From assembly GCF_009914755.1 (NCBI RefSeq), contig NC_060942.1: DNA of 64,000 nucleotides. One strand, 5' to 3'. This document shows positions 1 to 10,700 of the stretch, one piece after another. Within the stretch, counting starts at the first letter, position 1, and every line of letters begins with the position of its first letter. Source of the stretch: the human T2T-CHM13v2.0 reference genome, Homo sapiens. The notes under the pieces are model-generated. The model saw nothing but the letters and a program-made list of their open reading frames with translations. It was not told where the DNA came from and did not search any database. A program made the translations under genes and the position numbers.

Positions 1-71
1 CTTTTCATAGAGCAGTTTCGAAACACTCTTTTTGTAGAATCTGCAAGAGGATATTTGCATAGCTCTGAGGA

Positions 72-88
72 TTTCGTGGGAAACGGGA
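72..88 (+). promoter_or_regulatory. CENP-B box, variant with intact core (TTTCGTGGGAAACGGGA); recurs once per HOR
   Basis: Matches NTTCGNNNNANNCGGGN; differs from canonical only at a non-core position. Confidence 0.85.
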
Positions 89-413
89 TTGTCTTCAGGT
101 AAAATCTAGACAGAAGCATTCTCAGAAACTTCTTCGGGATGTTTGCATTCAAGTCACAGAGTAGAACATTCCCTTTGGTAGAGCAGGTTTGAAACACTCT
201 TTTTGTCGTATCTGGAAGTGGACATTTGTTGCGCTTTCAGGCCTATGTTGGAAAGGGAAATATCTTCCCGTAACAACTAGGCAGAAGCATTCTCAGAAAC
301 TTATTTGAGATGTGTGTACTCAACTAAGAGAATTGAACCACCGTTTTGAAGGAGCAGTTTGGAAACACTCTTTTTCTGGAATCTGCAAGAGGATATTTGC
401 CTAGCTTTGAGGA

Positions 414-430
414 TTTCGTTGGAAAAGGGA
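414..430 (+). promoter_or_regulatory. Degenerate CENP-B box (TTTCGTTGGAAAAGGGA), core CGGG changed to AGGG; recurs once per HOR
   Basis: Lies at the expected dimer spacing (342 bp after the box at 72) but has C>A at 426 in an essential core position. Confidence 0.85.
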
Positions 431-754
431 TTGTCTTCAGATCAAATCTAGACAGAAGCATTCTCAGAAACTTCTTTGGGATGTTTGCATTCAAGTCACA
501 GAGTAGAACATTCCTTTGGTAGAGCAGGTTTGAAACACTCTTTTTTTAGTATATGGAAGTGGACATTTGGAGCGCTTTCAGGCCTACGTTGGAAAAGGAA
601 ATATCTTCCCATAACAACTAGACAGAAGCATTCTCAGAAACTAGTTTCTGATGTGTGTCCTCAACTAACACAGTTGAACATTTCTTTAGACAGAACAGTT
701 TTGAAACACTCTTTTTGTGGAATCTGCAAGTGGATATTTGGCTAGATTTGAGGA

Positions 755-771
755 TTTCGTTGGAAACGGGA
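755..771 (+). promoter_or_regulatory. Canonical CENP-B box (TTTCGTTGGAAACGGGA); recurs once per HOR
   Basis: Exact match to YTTCGTTGGAARCGGGA. Confidence 0.95.
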
Positions 772-1092
772 TTACATATAAAAAGCAGACAGCAGCATTC
801 TCAGAAACTTCTTTGTGATGATTGCATTCAAGTCACAGAATTGAACATTCCCTTTCACAGAGCAGGTTTGAAACACTCTTCTTGTAGTGTGTGTAAGTGG
901 ACATTTGGAGCGCTTTCCGGCCTAAGGTGAACAAGGAAATATCTTCCCATAAAAACTAGACAGAAGCATTCTCAGAAACATACTCGTGATGTGTGTCCTC
1001 AACTAAAGGAGTAGAACCTTTCTTTTCATAGAGAAGTTTTGAAACGCTCTTTTTGTGGAATCTGCAAGTGGATATTTGGCTAGTTTTGAGGA

Positions 1093-1109
1093 TTTCGTTG
1101 GAAGCGGGA
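1093..1109 (+). promoter_or_regulatory. Canonical CENP-B box (TTTCGTTGGAAGCGGGA) overlapping EcoRI site 1108-1113; recurs once per HOR
   Basis: Exact match to YTTCGTTGGAARCGGGA. Confidence 0.95.
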
Positions 1110-1430
1110 ATTCATACAAGATGCAGACTGCAGCGTTCTGAGAAACATCTTTGTGATGTTTGTATTCAGGACACAGAGTTGAACATTCCCTATCATAGAG
1201 CAGGTTTGAATCACTCCTTTTGTAGTATCTGGAAGTGGACATTTGGAGCGCTTTCAGGCCTATGTTGGAAAAGGAAATATCTTCCCATAGCAACTAGACA
1301 GAAGCATTCCCAGAAACTTATTTGAGATGTGTGTACTCAACTAAGAGAATTGAACCACCGTTTTGAAGGAGCAGTTTGGAAACACTCTTTTTCTGGAATC
1401 TGCAAGTGGATATTTGGCTAGCTTTGGGGA

Positions 1431-1447
1431 TTTCGCTGGAAGCGGGA
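1431..1447 (+). promoter_or_regulatory. CENP-B box, variant with intact core (TTTCGCTGGAAGCGGGA); recurs once per canonical HOR
   Basis: Matches NTTCGNNNNANNCGGGN. Confidence 0.88.
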
Positions 1448-1596
1448 ATACATATAAAAAGCACACAGCAGCGTTCTGAGAAACTGCTTTCTGATGTTTG
1501 CATTCAAGTCAAAAGTTGAACACTCCCTTTCATAGAGCAGTCTTGAAACACCCCTTTTGTAGTATCTGGAACTGGAAATTTGGAGCGCTTTCAGGG

Positions 1597-1613
1597 CTAA
1601 GGTGAAAAAGGAA
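1597..1613 (+). promoter_or_regulatory. pJalpha/A-box-like motif of an A-type monomer (CTAAGGTGAAAAAGGAA); related motifs in the other alternate monomers
   Basis: One mismatch to the pJalpha consensus CTAYGGTGRAAAAGGAA, at the position homologous to the CENP-B box in alternate monomers. Confidence 0.65.
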
Positions 1614-1767
1614 ATATCTTCCCATAAAAACTGGACAGAAGCATTCTCAGAAACTTGTTTATGCTGTATCTGCTCAACTAACAAAGTTGAACCTTTCTTT
1701 TGATAGAGCAGTTTTGAAATGCTCTTTTTGTGGAATCTGCAAGTGGATATTTGGCTAGTTTTGAGGA

Positions 1768-1784
1768 TTTCGTTGGAAGCGGGA
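1768..1784 (+). promoter_or_regulatory. Canonical CENP-B box (TTTCGTTGGAAGCGGGA) overlapping EcoRI site 1783-1788; recurs once per canonical HOR
   Basis: Exact match to YTTCGTTGGAARCGGGA, 675 bp after the box at 1093. Confidence 0.95.
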
Positions 1785-4700
1785 ATTCATACAAATTGCA
1801 GACTGCAGCGTTCTGAGAAACATCTTTGTGATGTTTGTATTCAGGACACAGAGTTGAACATTCCCTATCATAGAGCAGGTTGGGATCACTCCTTTTGTAG
1901 TATCTGGAAGTGGACATTTGGAGCGCTTTCAGGCCTATGTTGAAAAAGGAAAAATCTTCCCATAACAACTAGACAGAAGCATTCTCAGAAACTTGTTGGT
2001 GATGTGTTTCCTCTACTGACAGAGTTGAACCTTTCTTTTCATAGAGCAGTTTCGAAACACTCTTTTTGTAGAATCTGCAAGAGGATATTTGCATAGCTCT
2101 GAGGATTTCGTGGGAAACGGGATTGTCTTCAGGTAAAATCTAGACAGAAGCATTCTCAGAAACTTCTTCGGGATGTTTGCATTCAAGTCACAGAGTAGAA
2201 CATTCCCTTTGGTAGAGCAGGTTTGAAACACTCTTTTTGTCGTATCTGGAAGTGGACATTTGTTGCGCTTTCAGGCCTATGTTGGAAAGGGAAATATCTT
2301 CCCGTAACAACTAGGCAGAAGCATTCTCAGAAACTTATTTGAGATGTGTGTACTCAACTAAGAGAATTGAACCACCGTTTTGAAGGAGCAGTTTGGAAAC
2401 ACTCTTTTTCTGGAATCTGCAAGAGGATATTTGCCTAGCTTTGAGGATTTCGTTGGAAAAGGGATTGTCTTCAGATCAAATCTAGACAGAAGCATTCTCA
2501 GAAACTTCTTTGGGATGTTTGCATTCAAGTCACAGAGTAGAACATTCCTTTGGTAGAGCAGGTTTGAAACACTCTTTTTTTAGTATATGGAAGTGGACAT
2601 TTGGAGCGCTTTCAGGCCTACGTTGGAAAAGGAAATATCTTCCCATAACAACTAGACAGAAGCATTCTCAGAAACTAGTTTCTGATGTGTGTCCTCAACT
2701 AACACAGTTGAACATTTCTTTAGACAGAACAGTTTTGAAACACTCTTTTTGTGGAATCTGCAAGTGGATATTTGGCTAGATTTGAGGATTTCGTTGGAAA
2801 CGGGATTACATATAAAAAGCAGACAGCAGCATTCTCAGAAACTTCTTTGTGATGATTGCATTCAAGTCACAGAATTGAACATTCCCTTTCACAGAGCAGG
2901 TTTGAAACACTCTTTTTGTAGTGTGTGTAAGTGGACATTTGGAGCGCTTTCCGGCCTAAGGTGAACAAGGAAATATCTTCCCATAAAAACTAGACAGAAG
3001 CATTCTCAGAAACTTACTCGTGATGTGTGTCCTCAACTAAAGGAGTAGAACCTTTCTTTTCATAGAGAAGTTTTGAAACGCTCTTTTTGTGGAATCTGCA
3101 AGTGGATATTTGGCTAGTTTTGAGGATTTCGTTGGAAGCGGGAATTCATACAAGATGCAGACTGCAGCGTTCTGAGAAACATCTTTGTGATGTTTGTATT
3201 CAGGACACAGAGTTGAACATTCCCTATCATAGAGCAGGTTTGAATCACTCCTTTTGTAGTATCTGGAAGTGGACATTTGGAGCGCTTTCAGGCCTATGTT
3301 GGAAAAGGAAATATCTTCCCATAGCAACTAGACAGAAGCATTCCCAGAAACTTATTTGAGATGTGTGTACTCAACTAAGAGAATTGAACCACCGTTTTGA
3401 AGGAGCAGTTTGGAAACACTCTTTTTCTGGAATCTGCAAGTGGATATTTGGCTAGCTTTGGGGATTTCGCTGGAAGCGGGAATACATATAAAAAGCACAC
3501 AGCAGCGTTCTGAGAAACTGCTTTCTGATGTTTGCATTCAAGTCAAAAGTTGAACACTCCCTTTCATAGAGCAGTCTTGAAACACCCCTTTTGTAGTATC
3601 TGGAACTGGAAATTTGGAGCGCTTTCAGGGCTAAGGTGAAAAAGGAAATATCTTCCCATAAAAACTGGACAGAAGCATTCTCAGAAACTTGTTTATGCTG
3701 TATCTACTCAACTAACAAAGTTGAACCTTTCTTTTGATAGAGCAGTTTTGAAATGCTCTTTTTGTGGAATCTGCAAGTGGATATTTGGCTAGTTTTGAGG
3801 ATTTCGTTGGAAGCGGGAATTCATACAAATTGCAGACTGCAGCGTTCTGAGAAACATCTTTGTGATGTTTGTATTCAGGACACAGAGTTGAACATTCCCT
3901 ATCATAGAGCAGGTTGGGATCACTCCTTTTGTAGTATCTGGAAGTGGACATTTGGAGCGCTTTCAGGCCTATGTTGAAAAAGGAAAAATCTTCCCATAAC
4001 AACTAGACAGAAGCATTCTCAGAAACTTTTTGGTGATGTGTTTCCTCTACTGACAGAGTTGAACCTTTCTTTTCATAGAGCAGTTTCGAAACACTCTTTT
4101 TGTAGAATCTGCAAGAGGATATTTGCATAGCTCTGAGGATTTCGTGGGAAACGGGATTGTCTTCAGGTAAAATCTAGACAGAAGCATTCTCAGAAACTTC
4201 TTGGGGATGTTTGCATTCAAGTCACAGAGTAGAACATTCCCTTTGGTAGAACAGGTTTGAAACACTCTTTTTGTCGTATCTGGAAGTGGACATTTGTTGC
4301 GCTTTCAGGCCTATGTTGGAAAGGGAAATATCTTCCCGTAACAACTAGGCAGAAGCATTCTCAGAAACTTATTTGAGATGTGTGTACTCAACTAAGAGAA
4401 TTGAACCACCGTTTTGAAGGAGCAGTTTGGAAACACTCTTTTTCTGGAATCTGCAAGAGGATATTTGCCTAGCTTTGAGGATTTCGTTGGAAAAGGGATT
4501 GTCTTCAGATCAAATCTAGACAGAAGCATTCTCAGAAACTTCTTTGGGATGTTTGCATTCAAGTCACAGAGTAGAACATTCCTTTGGTAGAGCAGGTTTG
4601 AAACACTCTTTTTTTAGTATATGGAAGTGGACATTTGGAGCGCTTTCAGGCCTACGTTGGAAAAGGAAATATCTTCCCATAACAACTAGACAGAAGCATT

Positions 4701-7700
4701 CTCAGAAACTAGTTTCTGATGTGTGTCCTCAACTAACACAGTTGAACATTTCTTTAGACAGAACAGTTTTGAAACACTCTTTTTGTGGAATCTGCAAGTG
4801 GATATTTGGCTAGATTTGAGGATTTCGTTGGAAACGGGATTACATATAAAAAGCAGACAGCAGCATTCTCAGAAACTTCTTTGTGATGATTGCATTCAAG
4901 TCACAGAATTGAACATTCCCTTTCACAGAGCAGGTTTGAAACACTCTTTTTGTAGTGTGTGTAAGTGGACATTTGGAGCGCTTTCCGGCCTAAGGTGAAC
5001 AAGGAAATATCTTCCCATAAAAACTAGACAGAAGCATTCTCAGAAACTTACTCGTGATGTGTGTCCTCAACTAAAGGAGTAGAACCTTTCTTTCCATAGA
5101 GAAGTTTTGAAACGCTCTTTTTGTGGAATCTGCAAGTGGATATTTGGCTAGTTTGGAGGATTTCGTTGGAAGCGGGAATTCATACAAGATGCAGACTGCA
5201 GCGTTCTGAGAAACATCTTTGTGATGTTTGTATTCAGGACACAGAGTTGAACATTCCCTATCATAGAGCAGGTTTGAATCACTCCTTTTGTAGTATCTGG
5301 AAGTGGACATTTGGAGCGCTTTCAGGCCTATGTTGGAAAAGGAAATATCTTCCCATAGCAACTAGACAGAAGCATTCCCAGAAACTTATTTGAGATGTGT
5401 GTACTCAACTAAGAGAATTGAACCACCGTTTTGAAGGAGCAGTTTGGAAACACTCTTTTTCTGGAATCTGCAAGTGGATATTTGGCTAGCTTTGGGGATT
5501 TCGCTGGAAGCGGGAATACATATAAAAAGCACACAGCAGCGTTCTGAGAAACTGCTTTCTGATGTTTGCATTCAAGTCAAAAGTTGAACACTCCCTTTCA
5601 TAGAGCAGTCTTGAAACACCCCTTTTGTAGTATCTGGAACTGGACATTTGGAGCGCTTTCAGGGCTAAGGTGAAAAAGGAAATATCTTCCCATAAAAACT
5701 GGACAGAAGCATTCTCAGAAACTTGTTTATGCTGTATCTGCTCAACTAACAAAGTTGAACCTTTCTTTTGATAGAGCAGTTTTGAAATGCTCTTTTTGTG
5801 GAATCTGCAAGTGGATATTTGGCTAGTTTTGAGGATTTCGTTGGAAGCGGGAATTCATACAAATTGCAGACTGCAGCGTTCTGAGAAACATCTTTGTGAT
5901 GTTTGTATTCAGGACACAGAGTTGAACATTCCCTATCATAGAGCAGGTTGGGATCACTCCTTTTGTAGTATCTGGAAGTGGACATTTGGAGCGCTTTCAG
6001 GCCTATGTTGAAAAAGGAAAAATCTTCCCATAACAACTAGACAGAAGCATTCTCAGAAACTTGTTGGTGATGTGTTTCCTCTACTGACAGAGTTGAACCT
6101 TTCTTTTCATAGAGCAGTTTCGAAACACTCTTTTTGTAGAATCTGCAAGAGGATATTTGCATAGCTCTGAGGATTTCGTGGGAAACGGGATTGTCTTCAG
6201 GTAAAATCTAGACAGAAGCATTCTCAGAAACTTCTTCGGGATGTTTGCATTCAAGTCACAGAGTAGAACATTCCCTTTGGTAGAGCAGGTTTGAAACACT
6301 CTTTTTGTCGTATCTGGAAGTGGACATTTGTTGCGCTTTCAGGCCTATGTTGGAAAGGGAAATATCTTCCCGTAACAACTAGGCAGAAGCATTCTCAGAA
6401 ACTTATTTGAGATGTGTGTACTCAACTAAGAGAATTGAACCACCGTTTTGAAGGAGCAGTTTGGAAACACTCTTTTTCTGGAATCTGCAAGAGGATATTT
6501 GCCTAGCTTTGAGGATTTCGTTGGAAAAGGGATTGTCTTCAGATCAAATCTAGACAGAAGCATTCTCAGAAACTTCTTTGGGATGTTTGCATTCAAGTCA
6601 CAGAGTAGAACATTCCTTTGGTAGAGCAGGTTTGAAACACTCTTTTTTTAGTATATGGAAGTGGACATTTGGAGCGCTTTCAGGCCTACGTTGGAAAAGG
6701 AAATATCTTCCCATAACAACTAGACAGAAGCATTCTCAGAAACTAGTTTCTGATGTGTGTCCTCAACTAACACAGTTGAACATTTCTTTAGACAGAACAG
6801 TTTTGAAACACTCTTTTTGTGGAATCTGCAAGTGGATATTTGGCTAGATTTGAGGATTTCGTTGGAAACGGGATTACATATAAAAAGCAGACAGCAGCAT
6901 TCTCAGAAACTTCTTTGTGATGATTGCATTCAAGTCACAGAATTGAACATTCCCTTTCACAGAGCAGGTTTGAAACACTCTTTTTGTAGTGTGTGTAAGT
7001 GGACATTTGGAGCGCTTTCCGGCCTAAGGTGAACAAGGAAATATCTTCCCATAAAAACTAGACAGAAGCATTCTCAGAAACTTACTCGTGATGTGTGTCC
7101 TCAACTAAAGGAGTAGAACCTTTCTTTTCATAGAGAAGTTTTGAAACGCTCTTTTTGTGGAATCTGCAAGTGGATATTTGGCTAGTTTTGAGGATTTCGT
7201 TGGAAGCGGGAATTCATACAAGATGCAGACTGCAGCGTTCTGAGAAACATCTTTGTGATGTTTGTATTCAGGACACAGAGTTGAACATTCCCTATCATAG
7301 AGCAGGTTTGAATCACTCCTTTTGTAGTATCTGGAAGTGGACATTTGGAGCGCTTTCAGGCCTATGTTGGAAAAGGAAATATCTTCCCATAACAACTAGA
7401 CAGAAGCATTCCCAGAAACTTATTTGAGATGTGTGTACTCAACTAAGAGAATTGAACCACCGTTTTGAAGGAGCAGTTTGGAAACACTCTTTTTCTGGAA
7501 TCTGCAAGTGGATATTTGGCTAGCTTTGGGGATTTCGCTGGAAGCGGGAATACATATAAAAAGCACACAGCAGCGTTCTGAGAAACTGCTTTCTGATGTT
7601 TGCATTCAAGTCAAAAGTTGAACACTCCCTTTCTTAGAGCAGTCTTGAAACACCCCTTTTGTAGTATCTGGAACTGGAAATTTGGAGCGCTTTCAGGGCT

Positions 7701-10700
7701 AAGGTGAAAAAGGAAATATCTTCCCATAAAAACTGGACAGAAGCATTCTCAGAAACTTGTTTATGCTGTATCTACTCAACTAACAAAGTTGAACCTTTCT
7801 TTTGATAGAGCAGTTTTGAAATGCTCTTTTTGTGGAATCTGCAAGTGGATATTTGGCTAGTTTTGAGGATTTCGTTGGAAGCGGGAATTCATACAAATTG
7901 CAGACTGCAGCGTTCTGAGAAACATCTTTGTGATGTTTGTATTCAGGACACAGAGTTGAACATTCCCTATCATAGAGCAGGTTGGGATCACTCCTTTTGT
8001 AGTATCTGGAAGTGGACATTTGGAGCGCTTTCAGGCCTATGTTGAAAAAGGAAAAATCTTCCCATAACAACTAGACAGAAGCATTCTCAGAAACTTGTTG
8101 GTGATGTGTTTCCTCTACTGACAGAGTTGAACCTTTCTTTTCATAGAGCAGTTTCGAAACACTCTTTTTGTAGAATCTGCAAGAGGATATTTGCATAGCT
8201 CTGAGGATTTCGTGGGAAACGGGATTGTCTTCAGGTAAAATCTAGACAGAAGCATTCTCAGAAACTTCTTCGGGATGTTTGCATTCAAGTCACAGAGTAG
8301 AACATTCCCTTTGGTAGAGCAGGTTTGAAACACTCTTTTTGTCGTATCTGGAAGTGGACATTTGTTGCGCTTTCAGGCCTATGTTGGAAAGGGAAATATC
8401 TTCCCGTAACAACTAGGCAGAAGCATTCTCAGAAACTTATTTGAGATGTGTGTACTCAACTAAGAGAATTGAACCACCGTTTTGAAGGAGCAGTTTGGAA
8501 ACACTCTTTTTCTGGAATCTGCAAGAGGATATTTGCCTAGCTTTGAGGATTTCGTTGGAAAAGGGATTGTCTTCAGATCAAATCTAGACAGAAGCATTCT
8601 CAGAAACTTCTTTGGGATGTTTGCATTCAAGTCACAGAGTAGAACATTCCTTTGGTAGAGCAGGTTTGAAACACTCTTTTTTTAGTATATGGAAGTGGAC
8701 ATTTGGAGCGCTTTCAGGCCTACGTTGGAAAAGGAAATATCTTCCCATAACAACTAGACAGAAGCATTCTCAGAAACTAGTTTCTGATGTGTGTCCTCAA
8801 CTAACACAGTTGAACATTTCTTTAGACAGAACAGTTTTGAAACACTCTTTTTGTGGAATCTGCAAGTGGATATATGGCTAGATTTGAGGATTTCGTTGGA
8901 AACGGGATTACATATAAAAAGCAGACAGCAGCATTCTCAGAAACTTCTTTGTGATGATTGCATTCAAGTCACAGAATTGAACATTCCCTTTCACAGAGCA
9001 GGTTTGAAACACTCTTTTTGTAGTGTGTGTAAGTGGACATTTGGAGCGCTTTCCGGCCTAAGGTGAACAAGGAAATATCTTCCCATAAAAACTAGACAGA
9101 AGCATTCTCAGAAACTTACTCGTGATGTGTGTCCTCAACTAAAGGAGTAGAACCTTTCTTTTCATAGAGAAGTTTTGAAACGCTCTTTTTGTGGAATCTG
9201 CAAGTGGATATTTGGCTAGTTTTGAGGATTTCGTTGGAAGCGGGAATTCATACAAGATGCAGACTGCAGCGTTCTGAGAAACATCTTTGTGATGTTTGTA
9301 TTCAGGACACAGAGTTGAACATTCCCTATCATAGAGCAGGTTTGAATCACTCCTTTTGTAGTATCTGGAAGTGGACATTTGGAGCGCTTTCAGGCCTATG
9401 TTGGAAAAGGAAATATCTTCCCATAACAACTAGACAGAAGCATTCCCAGAAACTTATTTGAGATGTGTGTACTCAACTAAGAGAATTGAACCACCGTTTT
9501 GAAGGAGCAGTTTGGAAACACTCTTTTTCTGGAATCTGCAAGTGGATATTTGGCTAGCTTTGGGGATTTCGCTGGAAGCGGGAATACATATAAAAAGCAC
9601 ACAGCAGCGTTCTGAGAAACTGCTTTCTGATGTTTGCATTCAAGTCAAAAGTTGAACACTCCCTTTCATAGAGCAGTCTTGAAACACCCCTTTTGTAGTA
9701 TCTGGAACTGGAAATTTGGAGCGCTTTCAGGGCTAAGGTGAAAAAGGAAATATCTTCCCATAAAAACTGGACAGAAGCATTCTCAGAAACTTGTTTATGC
9801 TGTATCTGCTCAACTAACAAAGTTGAACCTTTCTTTTGATAGAGCAGTTTTGAAATGCTCTTTTTGTGGAATCTGCAAGTGGATATTTGGCTAGTTTTGA
9901 GGATTTCGTTGGAAGCGGGAATTCATACAAATTGCAGACTGCAGCGTTCTGAGAAACATCTTTGTGATGTTTGTATTCAGGACACAGAGTTGAACATTCC
10001 CTATCATAGAGCAGGTTGGGATCACTCCTTTTGTAGTATCTGGAAGTGGACATTTGGAGCGCTTTCAGGCCTATGTTGAAAAAGGAAAAATCTTCCCATA
10101 ACAACTAGACAGAAGCATTCTCAGAAACTTGTTGGTGATGTGTTTCCTCTACTGACAGAGTTGAACCTTTCTTTTCATAGAGCAGTTTCGAAACACTCTT
10201 TTTGTAGAATCTGAAAGAGGATATTTGCATAGCTCTGAGGATTTCGTGGGAAACGGGATTGTCTTCAGGTAAAATCTAGACAGAAGCATTCTCAGAAACT
10301 TCTTCGGGATGTTTGCATTCAAGTCACAGAGTAGAACATTCCCTTTGGTAGAGCAGGTTTGAAACACTCTTTTTGTCGTATCTGGAAGTGGACATTTGTT
10401 GCGCTTTCAGGCCTATGTTGGAAAGGGAAATATCTTCCCGTAACAACTAGGCAGAAGCATTCTCAGAAACTTATTTGAGATGTGTGTACTCAACTAAGAG
10501 AATTGAACCACCGTTTTGAAGGAGCAGTTTGGAAACACTCTTTTTCTGGAAACTGCAAGAGGATATTTGCCTAGCTTTGATTATTTCGTTGGAAAAGGGA
10601 TTGTCTTCAGATCAAATCTAGACAGAAGCATTCTCAGAAACTTCTTTGGGATGTTTGCATTCAAGTCACAGAGTAGAACATTCCTTTGGTAGAGCAGGTT

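Larger units (their letters stand above)
117..2150 (+). repeat. Representative canonical 12-monomer HOR unit
   Basis: Monomer anchors (C of CATTCTCAG/CGTTCTGAG/CATTCCCAG) at 117, 288, 459, 629, 796, 967, 1134, 1305, 1472, 1642, 1809, 1980, 2151. Lengths 171,171,170,167,171,167,171,167,170,167,171,171 sum to 2034. The phase is arbitrary. Confidence 0.97.

Noticed and set aside
775-785. TATA-box-like CATATAAAAAG downstream of CENP-B boxes (also ~1451-1461)
   Set aside because: It is ordinary monomer sequence in an AT-rich satellite; promoter activity cannot be supported from sequence alone.
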